Source: Patescibacteria group bacterium (GTDB lineage Bacteria > Patescibacteriota > Minisyncoccia > UBA6257 > 2-01-FULL-56-20). From it: a DNA stretch of 64,000 nt. Below the pieces are notes generated by a model. That model did no database searches. It worked only from the letters and a program-made list of their open reading frames with translations, and was not told the origin of the DNA. The stretch is from NCBI GenBank assembly GCA_038063755.1, contig JBBTUL010000011.1, positions 71,040-135,039 on the forward strand, written 5' to 3'. The position numbers and the translations under genes were made by a program. Position 1 is the first letter of the stretch. The number at the start of each line of letters is the position of its first letter. Positions 56,277-64,000 of the stretch are shown here, in pieces.

Positions 56277-57497
56277 ATGCTCTTACTTGGAATAGCACTG
56301 ATCGTAGTTCTAAACTTTATAGTTTCTATGACCGAAGCGGCAATTCTTGCCGTTCCCCTTCACCGAGCAAAACTCCTCCTCAAAAAAACAAGTCGCTCTC
56401 AGGGAGCGCAAGCACTCATTCATCTCAAAGAAGCGAGTGAAGAGGCAATTACAACTCTCACCTCCCTTTCAAATCTCATAACCGTCGTAGGAAGCGTCGT
56501 CGTTGGTGCAGTTGCAGAAGAAACACTTGGCGCCCATTGGGTTTGGCTTTTCGCCGCAGTCCTTACGTTCGTCATCATGGTCTCAAGTGAGATCATCCCA
56601 AAACGAATTGGCGAAAAATATGCTGAAAGTATTGCATTGTGGTCCGCACCGGCAATCATAGTTCTTTCAAAGGTTTTCCGCCCTCTCACCTTTCTTGTCA
56701 CAAAACTTCTTAAATCCGCCCTTCGAAGAGACGGGAAGCGGCGCATCACTCGAGCGGAAGAAATCGCATATCTTGCAAGTATCGGCGGAATGGAAGGGGC
56801 TATTAGGGAGTATGAGACAAGAATTATTGAGCGCGTGTTTAAGCTTGCGGATATTACGGCGGTCGACATGATGACCCCAAAGCCCTTCGTTCTCATGCTC
56901 GACGGGGATAGAACAATTGGCGAAGCTGCCCATGAAATCGTCGCATGCCGCTACTCAAAAATACCGGTATACGAAAGATCCCACGACAGAATAGTCGGAA
57001 TTGCCCGTCAGTCAACGCTTTTAAAGCATCTCGTGGAAGATGAACAGGGCCTGCAAATTAAGACCCTTGTCGAAGATCCGCTCATCGTTCCGGAGGGTCG
57101 GATTGGAGACGATCTCTTGAAAGATTTTCAAGAAAAAAAGAAATCTTTTGCGATAGTTGTAGACGGCCGAGGACACGTAAGCGGGATTGTCACGCTGCGT
57201 GACGTAATTGAAGAGCTCGTCGGAGAAACGGTTGGGGAAAGAGACATCGCTCCCGAACTCGTCAAGCGCGTATCAAAAACGGAAGTTCTTGTACACGGTC
57301 AAACTCAAATTTCGTTCTTGAACAGATTCTTCAATACGAACATTCCCAATCACCGAAACGTAAATGGTTTCCTGCTCGATGAATTCGGGCATCTCCCGAA
57401 GGTCGGTGAGGTGCTCAAGTACGATGGCGTCGAGATCGAAATTCACGAAGCTGGAAGAAGCCAGATCGAACGTGTTCTTATCCGAAAGCCAGAATAA
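56277..57497 (+). CDS. CNNM/hemolysin-family protein (DUF21-CBS-CorC)
   Basis: S..EAA, EIIPK, MTP, YSKIPVY, GIVTL.DVIEELVGE, G.LPKVG. Confidence 0.92.
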   Translation: MLLLGIALIVVLNFIVSMTEAAILAVPLHRAKLLLKKTSRSQGAQALIHLKEASEEAITTLTSLSNLITVVGSVVVGAVAEETLGAHWVWLFAAVLTFVIMVSSEIIPKRIGEKYAESIALWSAPAIIVLSKVFRPLTFLVTKLLKSALRRDGKRRITRAEEIAYLASIGGMEGAIREYETRIIERVFKLADITAVDMMTPKPFVLMLDGDRTIGEAAHEIVACRYSKIPVYERSHDRIVGIARQSTLLKHLVEDEQGLQIKTLVEDPLIVPEGRIGDDLLKDFQEKKKSFAIVVDGRGHVSGIVTLRDVIEELVGETVGERDIAPELVKRVSKTEVLVHGQTQISFLNRFFNTNIPNHRNVNGFLLDEFGHLPKVGEVLKYDGVEIEIHEAGRSQIERVLIRKPE

Positions 57498-57500
57498 CTC

Positions 57501-57564
57501 CTACGCAATTTCCGCATTATAGCAAGCCTCACCCCGACCCGAAGTCGAGGGTTCAGTATACTAT
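57501..57564 (-). pseudogene. C-terminal stub of a further Cys-rich paralog, interrupted by a 22-bp hairpin
   Basis: ATA GTA TAC TG[AACCCTCGACTTCGGGTCGGGG]T GAG GCT TGC TAT AAT GCG GAA ATT GCG TAG = IVYC/EACYNAEIA*. Confidence 0.75.
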
Positions 57565-59312
57565 GCTACTTCTGCATTGTAGCAACCTTCACAATACACG
57601 ATCTCGGGGCGACCGGGGGCGTAGGAGGTTTTGAATTCTGCGAAGCAAGAAGTATTCCCGTGTGAGTGAGGGATGGTATTTTTGTACACGCCGCTTGTCG
57701 ATTGCGGACCACCACAGTCGCAACTTCGCTTCCATAACCTCGGAGGATTCACTCTTTTAAACCGCGCATAATAGCGACAATTCGGACATAAAACCGGAAG
57801 AGGAACACCAAACCTCCGATAAAGCTGAAGTTCTGCGGGAACGATTCGAAAGGCGGCTGTGCATTTTTCTCCGCACCCACCATCATGACTACAACCGATC
57901 ACCTCATTTACAATGTCATCCTGAACCTCGGTTATCAAGTCAGGAAGCTCTGCGGGCTTCTTCGTTATCGCGTAATTCTTTTTTTCATCATCCTTCCAGC
58001 GCTCTCCATGTCGCAACGCTTCGTCTTTTGAAACGGGAAACCAATCAAGGGCCGCGGATTCGTTGTACGCAAACGGACTAAGCTTGTTCGGAAAAAACTC
58101 GCCATATTCCCCCGTTCGTTTCATATGTTCAGCGATCTTCGCTCTCAATGTCTCAAACTCTTCCTTTGAATATTTTTTATTCAAAATCGCGTAGGAGGCA
58201 TGCTTCAGTCCCGCTGAACCAAACACGTTCGTGCACGAATGACAGTTATTTGAGTACTCCGCATCAACGCATTTCCAGCAAAATACCGTAAACTTATTTC
58301 CCCGAGAGTTATCGGGCGTAACAGATTCATAGCACAACTCCGGGTTTCCGGTGTAAATACAGTCGTACGAATCTTTGGCTCGATCATTTATGACAATGTA
58401 GGATGAATTCTCGATTGGCGAGAAACAGTAAAAGCACTGTTTTGCCGATTTTGCCTCAAGAAGAAAGAACCCCGAGGAGTTGGTTGTTTTGGGGGCGTGT
58501 GTGTACCTTCGCGGAAACTGCAGACTAAATTCACTAAACATTTTTTTGTTCGCTTCGATGCCCGCACGACTTCCGAGATTCAACTTCGCAAGCTCTTTCT
58601 CGTACTCGTCCTTAGCGTACTGTCTGTTAAGGATGCAATATCGCTTGTTTCGCAAACCGACACATAAAACACAGTCAGAGCATCCTCTAAGATCGAACCC
58701 GAACACGCAATTGTTTGAGTCAAAACAAAGTTCACAATATTTGCAGTTATAACACTTATCGCAGTTAATGCTTTCGTACATCAATTCGGAATTATTTACA
58801 TTCCATGCGTCCATAATGTCCTTCGCATGATTCACGATGTACATATAAAGGCCGTTTTCGACGTACCAACCACAAGCCCCAAGATAACAGTTTTTACTAA
58901 ATGCCCAATCGTAGGTATATTCGCAATTCACACTACCAACACCATCGTCGTTCATACTCGATATTGCCGGCACCTTATTCATGAGTTCCTGAAGTTGATC
59001 AAAGAATGGACGTGAAAAATCAAAATCACGCCCATATGAGGCCGGATCCCATCCGTCAGACCACCAGCACCTTACGCAATAGACCGGAAATTCTGTATCG
59101 GGTGGATACATTCCAATCATATCCTTCCTGCACAAATCACACTTGCGGCGATAAAACGTCCGCTCGTTGCGAAATCTTAGCCGACGTTTCAGGCGACACT
59201 CCGGGCACCAGGTCGGATACGGAACGTCTATCTTTTTATAGAAATCGAAATCTTCGGATTCGATCGTGAAATCCTTATGGCAGTTTTGACAAACCTTGAT
59301 TTCACTACTCAT
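57561..59312 (-). CDS. Cys-rich Zn-ribbon/repeat protein, paralog 6
   Basis: 583 aa; same motif series. Confidence 0.9.
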   Translation of the reverse strand: MSSEIKVCQNCHKDFTIESEDFDFYKKIDVPYPTWCPECRLKRRLRFRNERTFYRRKCDLCRKDMIGMYPPDTEFPVYCVRCWWSDGWDPASYGRDFDFSRPFFDQLQELMNKVPAISSMNDDGVGSVNCEYTYDWAFSKNCYLGACGWYVENGLYMYIVNHAKDIMDAWNVNNSELMYESINCDKCYNCKYCELCFDSNNCVFGFDLRGCSDCVLCVGLRNKRYCILNRQYAKDEYEKELAKLNLGSRAGIEANKKMFSEFSLQFPRRYTHAPKTTNSSGFFLLEAKSAKQCFYCFSPIENSSYIVINDRAKDSYDCIYTGNPELCYESVTPDNSRGNKFTVFCWKCVDAEYSNNCHSCTNVFGSAGLKHASYAILNKKYSKEEFETLRAKIAEHMKRTGEYGEFFPNKLSPFAYNESAALDWFPVSKDEALRHGERWKDDEKKNYAITKKPAELPDLITEVQDDIVNEVIGCSHDGGCGEKCTAAFRIVPAELQLYRRFGVPLPVLCPNCRYYARFKRVNPPRLWKRSCDCGGPQSTSGVYKNTIPHSHGNTSCFAEFKTSYAPGRPEIVYCEGCYNAEVA

Positions 59313-59352
59313 GAGTTTTTACATTCCGCGTTCAGCTATTTACGCTTTACCC

Positions 59353-60801
59353 TCAAATAAGCGGCTCCGGAGGAAGATTCGACTGTATCGCCGAATGACC
59401 CTTCCCTTCGATAATTGCCTTTTCCTGCGCACTCCGAATAATAGTCGACTCTTCCTCTGCAATAAGTCGTCGCGCGTCATCAGCCGGAATAGAATATTTT
59501 TCTCGCGACTGAGCAAGGATTTCGGGCTTAAACGAACGATGTGGAGGATCAAGAACGGCCAGCGTTTCGGCAGAGAAAGGATCGTACGACTCTCCATCAA
59601 TCGTCATTTTAATATAAAATTCCCGCATCCCAAGATTGATCATGTCTTTTACGTCGAAGATCGGAGCCATTTCTGGTTTAAGCGTCACGGCATCATCCCC
59701 TCCCACGCGAAAGATCACAATACTCCCTACGTTTCCCAAAACCGCTGCTTGAACGCGCGGCAGGAGCTGTCCCATATATTGGTGCGCAACGGTAAGTGCT
59801 AAGCCGTACTTTCTGGCCTCCGAGAGAATATTCTCGAATGTCTCAGTAACCAAGTTTTGAAACTCGTCGACATAAAGATAAAAATCGTGACGCTCGGATT
59901 CGGGCAAGGCAGCGCGAGCCATACCAGCCTGCTTGATCTTGGTAATGAACATCGAACCGAAAAAACTTGAGTTCTCTTCTCCAAGCCTCCCTTTAGAAAG
60001 ATTGATCAAGATAATCTTCTTTTGCTGAATAAGCTCCTCAAGTTTTATTTTGTTCCCTTTTTGTCCGAAAATATTTCGCAGTGTTGGATCTGAAAGAAAC
60101 TGTCCGAGCTTGTTTACGAGCGGAATAATCGCGTCGGTATCGAACTTTTCGGACCAATCCGCAAATTCGATCGCCCAGAAACGCTTTACCATGTCGTCTT
60201 CGATGTATTCGACGACCTTCTGGCGATAGTTCCGGTCAGTAAGCATAGAAATCATACCTCGCATGGTGGCGTGCGGGTAATCAAGGAGCGCTAAAACCGT
60301 GAATCGAAAAACGTGCTCAAGACGCGGCGTCCAGTTCGCGCCAAACTGTTTTTCCATTACTTCAATCAGGCCCTGAGTGAGCTGATGCTTAAACAATGGA
60401 TCAACATTTGCAAGCGGATTGAAAGATGCCGGAAACGCGTGATCTGATGGGTCTATAACGACTACATCCCCTATCCGATTCTCGGGAATGAAATCAAGCG
60501 TCGCTTCGACAACGTCTCCGTGCGGATCAATGAGGCAAAGACCGTATCCTTGCGCAATGTCTTGGCGCATCATAAGTTCAAGCAGCTTCGTCTTTCCAAC
60601 GCCGCTTTTTCCAATTATGTACATATGACGTCGCCGATCTTTCCGTTTGATGCCAAAAATGAAACGTTTCTCTTCAAGCGCCGCAACGTAATTCGTTCTT
60701 CCGATAAAAGAAACTTCGCTCGTGTCTACTTTGCCGTATATCGGCAAATCCGTCGGGGGCGGAGCATATTTGATTATCTGTATTCGATTCGCCTTTGGCA
60801 T
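59353..60801 (-). CDS. Second VirD4/TraD-like ATPase
   Basis: GKSGVGKT, DPHGD, YVDEFQN, SEARKY, AHQY. Confidence 0.88.
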   Translation of the reverse strand: MPKANRIQIIKYAPPPTDLPIYGKVDTSEVSFIGRTNYVAALEEKRFIFGIKRKDRRRHMYIIGKSGVGKTKLLELMMRQDIAQGYGLCLIDPHGDVVEATLDFIPENRIGDVVVIDPSDHAFPASFNPLANVDPLFKHQLTQGLIEVMEKQFGANWTPRLEHVFRFTVLALLDYPHATMRGMISMLTDRNYRQKVVEYIEDDMVKRFWAIEFADWSEKFDTDAIIPLVNKLGQFLSDPTLRNIFGQKGNKIKLEELIQQKKIILINLSKGRLGEENSSFFGSMFITKIKQAGMARAALPESERHDFYLYVDEFQNLVTETFENILSEARKYGLALTVAHQYMGQLLPRVQAAVLGNVGSIVIFRVGGDDAVTLKPEMAPIFDVKDMINLGMREFYIKMTIDGESYDPFSAETLAVLDPPHRSFKPEILAQSREKYSIPADDARRLIAEEESTIIRSAQEKAIIEGKGHSAIQSNLPPEPLI

Positions 60802-61304
60802 CAGATTGCTTCGATTTCCTTCAAAAATGCTTCGTAATCGCCAATTGTCTCCTTGGCATCATCTTGAGAAACAGCAAACCCTGGACTGTGGACAAGATCA
60901 TTGCGAACGCGATGAGCTCGCCAAATACGCGGAAACGACTTCAGTTCATCTGAGGTAAGTCGGGCAAGTCTATCCGCGAAATGTTCTCCAGGAAGGCCGA
61001 GCTGTTTTAAAATGTCGTCTACAAGTCCATCGGCATCGATTATCGCAAATTTTACAGCATCGAGAGATCCGCCTTCGAGGCGCTTCGTGATTTCACTCCA
61101 ACGCTCTGCGATAACGGCGCTTCTCAATGTTCTCTTTCTCTTGTGCTTGGCCGGGTTAAAAACAAAATTTGGTCTGAACTTTAAGAGGCCGGAAATTGAG
61201 AAAACCAAAATCACGACAAGCCCAACATCAAAGACAATAAAGACGATTTTTAAAAAAATAAAGAATCCGCTAAATCCCTCGAAAAAACTTTGAAGTCCTT
61301 GCAT
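60801..61304 (-). CDS. Hypothetical single-pass membrane protein
   Basis: TM, AIIDAD, G..FADRL, AHRVRN.LVH; coupled to the ATPase gene. Confidence 0.8.
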   Translation of the reverse strand: MQGLQSFFEGFSGFFIFLKIVFIVFDVGLVVILVFSISGLLKFRPNFVFNPAKHKRKRTLRSAVIAERWSEITKRLEGGSLDAVKFAIIDADGLVDDILKQLGLPGEHFADRLARLTSDELKSFPRIWRAHRVRNDLVHSPGFAVSQDDAKETIGDYEAFLKEIEAI

Positions 61305-61321
61305 GTGTCTCTATGAGATTC

Positions 61322-62686
61322 TTAATTAAATCGATCCATTGCTCCTTCCTCGCCGTAGATCGGAAGTCCGGCAGGCGGGCCAGCCTTTCGGCTGACGACG
61401 CGCTTAATATGAGGTGCGGTGAGCACCAAAAATGTCGGTGGATGAAATAACGATGAAAGGCAACGGATGTTCATGGGGAAGCTCTTCGCTCCAAAATTCC
61501 ATCCGAAAAGATACGAAGTCATAAGTTTTGAGGTAAACATCTTCGATGGAAGTCGAGGACTCCGGTAGCTCGAAAGCATTCTTTGTTTTCGGTAACGAAC
61601 ACGATACTTTGAGAATATATGAGGCCAGTCCCAAATTTGTCCGCGCGTTTCGACTCCCGGTGTGTTTTTTCGAAATGAGTTCAGGTTGACGGCCGCATAC
61701 TGGTTGAAAGCTCCGCTAATTCCTCTTCTGGGGAAGTTTTCCAAGAATATTTCCTTCGGAGATATGTACATGATGCGAATTCTCGTCTCGAATGCGGGAA
61801 AAGAAAGATTTTCTTCGATAGCCTTCAGGACATCTGTTTCTCCTGGCGTACGCTGCAGTAAGGCACGGCCAAGCGCTTGTTCCTGGCTTGTTGCCTCTGC
61901 GACTTTTTTGACGACGCTGAATGCCGGAAGAATTCCACCCGGAAACTCCGCGGCGGTTCCAACGCTTGATCCTCCTCCTTTTTTCACCCGAAGCATTTTT
62001 TCCTTTCGATCTTTTAGGCTGTCGATTAGTCCTTCAAACTGCACGCTCCAATCAGGACCGAGGGCAGCAACAATAATCTGGATGCCGACAAACTCTCCGG
62101 GCTTTGCTTTTCCCAGGACTTCAAGAAACGCGGAAATCGGATCATATTGCTTGTCTTCGTCGGGAGACTCAAAGTCAAGGTAAGTTTTTATCGGATACGC
62201 AGCGCTCTTCGCCAAAATAAGTTCTGTTCCCCATAGCTCATACCCTCGCTCGTACACCTCTCCCATGTTCCGAGGAAGCGAGTCGAGATATTCTTCCGGC
62301 TGTGTTATCTCGATATCGGGGTAGTAAGAAAAAAACGCCGCCTCGACCAGCTCCTTGTGCTTCTTTGGGGTCCTTACATAAAAATGAATCTCACCGCCAT
62401 GACTTACCATTTCGAATGTAAACCACAGAGTAACTTCTCCCTCCCAGTACCATTCTTTTAGGTTTCCCGGAGCGTTTCTGAGGGAGTGTATCGCGGAAAA
62501 AATTTGTTCCATGCCCTTCGGGCTTTTCTTGATTTCTCTTGGAATATGAAGTTCGAGGAGAACGAACGGGATTCTCCCTTTATATTCTTCTTGACGCCAC
62601 GACATCCACGCGTTCCTGGCGATTGGGAAAAAAATCACAAACACGATGATCCACCAAATGGAAGCGATGAAGTCAAGCAAAAACAT
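61322..62686 (-). CDS. Hypothetical membrane-anchored protein, probable partner of the VirD4-like ATPase
   Basis: N-terminal TM, LLE..IP.E..KSP..ME, YPIKTY, L.SLFHPP; first gene of the ATPase operon. Confidence 0.8.
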   Translation of the reverse strand: MFLLDFIASIWWIIVFVIFFPIARNAWMSWRQEEYKGRIPFVLLELHIPREIKKSPKGMEQIFSAIHSLRNAPGNLKEWYWEGEVTLWFTFEMVSHGGEIHFYVRTPKKHKELVEAAFFSYYPDIEITQPEEYLDSLPRNMGEVYERGYELWGTELILAKSAAYPIKTYLDFESPDEDKQYDPISAFLEVLGKAKPGEFVGIQIIVAALGPDWSVQFEGLIDSLKDRKEKMLRVKKGGGSSVGTAAEFPGGILPAFSVVKKVAEATSQEQALGRALLQRTPGETDVLKAIEENLSFPAFETRIRIMYISPKEIFLENFPRRGISGAFNQYAAVNLNSFRKNTPGVETRGQIWDWPHIFSKYRVRYRKQRMLSSYRSPRLPSKMFTSKLMTSYLFGWNFGAKSFPMNIRCLSSLFHPPTFLVLTAPHIKRVVSRKAGPPAGLPIYGEEGAMDRFN

Positions 62687-62734
62687 TTGTCATTATTATA
62701 CCATCGTCAGCCTTGTTGTGTGAACGCAGAAAAC

Positions 62735-62763
62735 ACAAAAAGCCCCGTTCCGGGGCTTTTTGT
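62735..62763. terminator. Intrinsic terminator
   Basis: ACAAAAAGCCCC-gttcc-GGGGCTTTTTGT. Confidence 0.85.
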
Positions 62764-62770
62764 TTTGTGT

Positions 62771-63811
62771 CTACGCTTCCTTGATGTCGTATGCACCGTC
62801 TTCCTTTCTCGTAAAGTGCTCTCGATTCTGAAGATTAACAAGAATGGTGTTGTTCTTGAAGAGTCGCTCCTTCTGCACGGCAAGCACGACCTCATTTGAC
62901 CTCAAGGGTCCATGTTTTTTAAGAATTTTCATTATGATCTCCCTCGCCGTTCCCGGTTCATATCCGTGTTCCGAAAGACCATAGATACCCCGCCCAACAA
63001 GCACGAAACGAGAATCCTTGATAAGCTCGTTGTGCACCGTTGAGGCAATGGCAACCTTCATGTCAAAACGAGCGTTATTGATAAGACTTGCGATGTCCTC
63101 GAAATGAACCGGTTCCTGATTCCTCTTCATCACCGCGTAGATTCGATCGCGAATTGTTCTCGGATTGATCTCCGGCCAGTCGGAAAGACCAATATCACCG
63201 AAAGAGTTCTTGTGGATTCTCTTCGAGATGCTCGCGTATTCTGCCGCATGTGCAGGAACTATCTTTTTTTCCTTAATGAAGTTTTTAAATTCGGCTTGGT
63301 ATCCGCCATTTAAGATTTTCGCTTTTTGCGCTTTGAGGGCGCTTGCCCACTGCGCTATAAATGCCTTCGCTTTCTTGAGCGATGGTACGTCGAGGTAATA
63401 AAGTGGAGTAATTTCGTCATCACCATTGTGCTCGTGGAAAGCTTTCGACGAAGCAAGTAAAACGGAAAGGTGATTCTCGTGAAGATCTTCGTATGAACCT
63501 TGAAGATTTCCGACCATCGCTTCTTTTCGAATCACTCCTCCAACGTCCTTGAGGCACTTCTTCCCCTGCTTCAAAACGTCTTGTACAAGCGGATGCGTTA
63601 CCGCAGCATCTCCAATAACCTTAAGCGCGGAGGCCTCGATTTGTCGAACCCTTTCTCGAGTCACCCCAAACCGCTTCCCGATCGCATCAAGAGTTTCTCC
63701 TTCAACTGGTCCATTCTTTCCGATACCAAAACGCCCCGCTACAACCTCTTTTTGGCGATCGGTGAGATTCTTAAATAATTGCTGTAATACCTTCGCTTGA
63801 AATGAACTCAT
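62771..63811 (-). CDS. Sigma-70 region 4 HTH plus HARE-HTH (RpoE/delta-like) domain protein
   Basis: RFG..ETLDAIGKRFGVTRERVRQIE; C-terminal PVHF..I, TVHNELI.DSRFVLVGRGIYGL. Confidence 0.85.
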   Translation of the reverse strand: MSSFQAKVLQQLFKNLTDRQKEVVAGRFGIGKNGPVEGETLDAIGKRFGVTRERVRQIEASALKVIGDAAVTHPLVQDVLKQGKKCLKDVGGVIRKEAMVGNLQGSYEDLHENHLSVLLASSKAFHEHNGDDEITPLYYLDVPSLKKAKAFIAQWASALKAQKAKILNGGYQAEFKNFIKEKKIVPAHAAEYASISKRIHKNSFGDIGLSDWPEINPRTIRDRIYAVMKRNQEPVHFEDIASLINNARFDMKVAIASTVHNELIKDSRFVLVGRGIYGLSEHGYEPGTAREIIMKILKKHGPLRSNEVVLAVQKERLFKNNTILVNLQNREHFTRKEDGAYDIKEA

Positions 63812-63841
63812 GAATCTTGGCTGTTTGATTTAACGTTTATC

Positions 63842-63870
63842 ATTATAAATCGGCCCTTTTCTATTGTCAA
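63842..63870 (-). promoter_or_regulatory. Perfect consensus sigma70 promoter
   Basis: TTGACA-17 nt-TATAAT, 30 nt upstream of ATG 63811. Confidence 0.85.
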
Positions 63871-63908
63871 GCCCAGATCACGCAGAAACAAGCTTCTCAC
63901 TACCGAAC

Positions 63909-64000
63909 CTACTTCTTCAGAGAAAGCCTCTGCCAAACCACGAGAAGCGGGCTTGCAACGAAAATTGAGGAATAGACTCCGGTCGTCACGCCGACAAGTA
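63909..64000 (-). CDS. secF: 3' end of protein translocase subunit SecF (partial)
   Basis: LVGVTTGVYSSIFVASPLLVVWQRLSLKK* matches the SecF C-terminal GxYSSIFxASP motif. Confidence 0.8.
   Translation of the reverse strand, partial: LVGVTTGVYSSIFVASPLLVVWQRLSLKK

Noticed and set aside
9378-59312. Diversity-generating retroelement explaining the paralog variability
   Set aside because: No reverse transcriptase in the window and no template/variable repeat pair with adenine-specific mismatches; the shared tracts are identical or differ at mixed bases.
1-64000. Alternative genetic code (UGA=Gly) or selenoproteins
   Set aside because: Conserved genes are full length under code 11 and several end at TGA with ATGA coupling.

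Overview
64 kb of a gene-dense bacterial chromosome read with standard code 11. It is most likely from Patescibacteria/CPR (Parcubacteria-like); this is inferred from gene content such as split comEC, stand-alone VirD4-like ATPases, a sigma4/HARE-HTH protein, DUF5652 and Gmad2 proteins, and mostly Shine-Dalgarno-less genes. Most genes lie on the minus strand. Housekeeping content covers translation (fmt, def, rplI, rpmA, gltX, trmD, queA, tgt), cell wall (murC, murD, murG, ftsW, M23 and S41 peptidases) and repair (uvrB, nth, mutY, dinB, UvrD-nuclease, rmuC). I found no rRNA, tRNA, CRISPR array, integrase, transposase or reverse transcriptase. The main unexplained signal is six dispersed, co-oriented paralogs of a ~575-600 aa cysteine-rich protein, together about 10.6 kb or ~16% of the window. 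They have Zn-ribbon-like termini conserved at the DNA level and divergent cores. They come with a 49-bp perfect direct repeat between the tandem pair, orphan N- and C-terminal stubs of lost copies and REP-like palindrome insertions, which together suggest a recombination-driven, turning-over gene family. Secondary signals: (i) a set of self-contained orphan units (TTGAC promoter, GGAGG RBS, ORF, terminator) scattered among apparently leaderless housekeeping genes; (ii) a ~170-nt structured ncRNA candidate; (iii) several long palindromic/MITE-like elements; (iv) a structured leader on the RRM gene.
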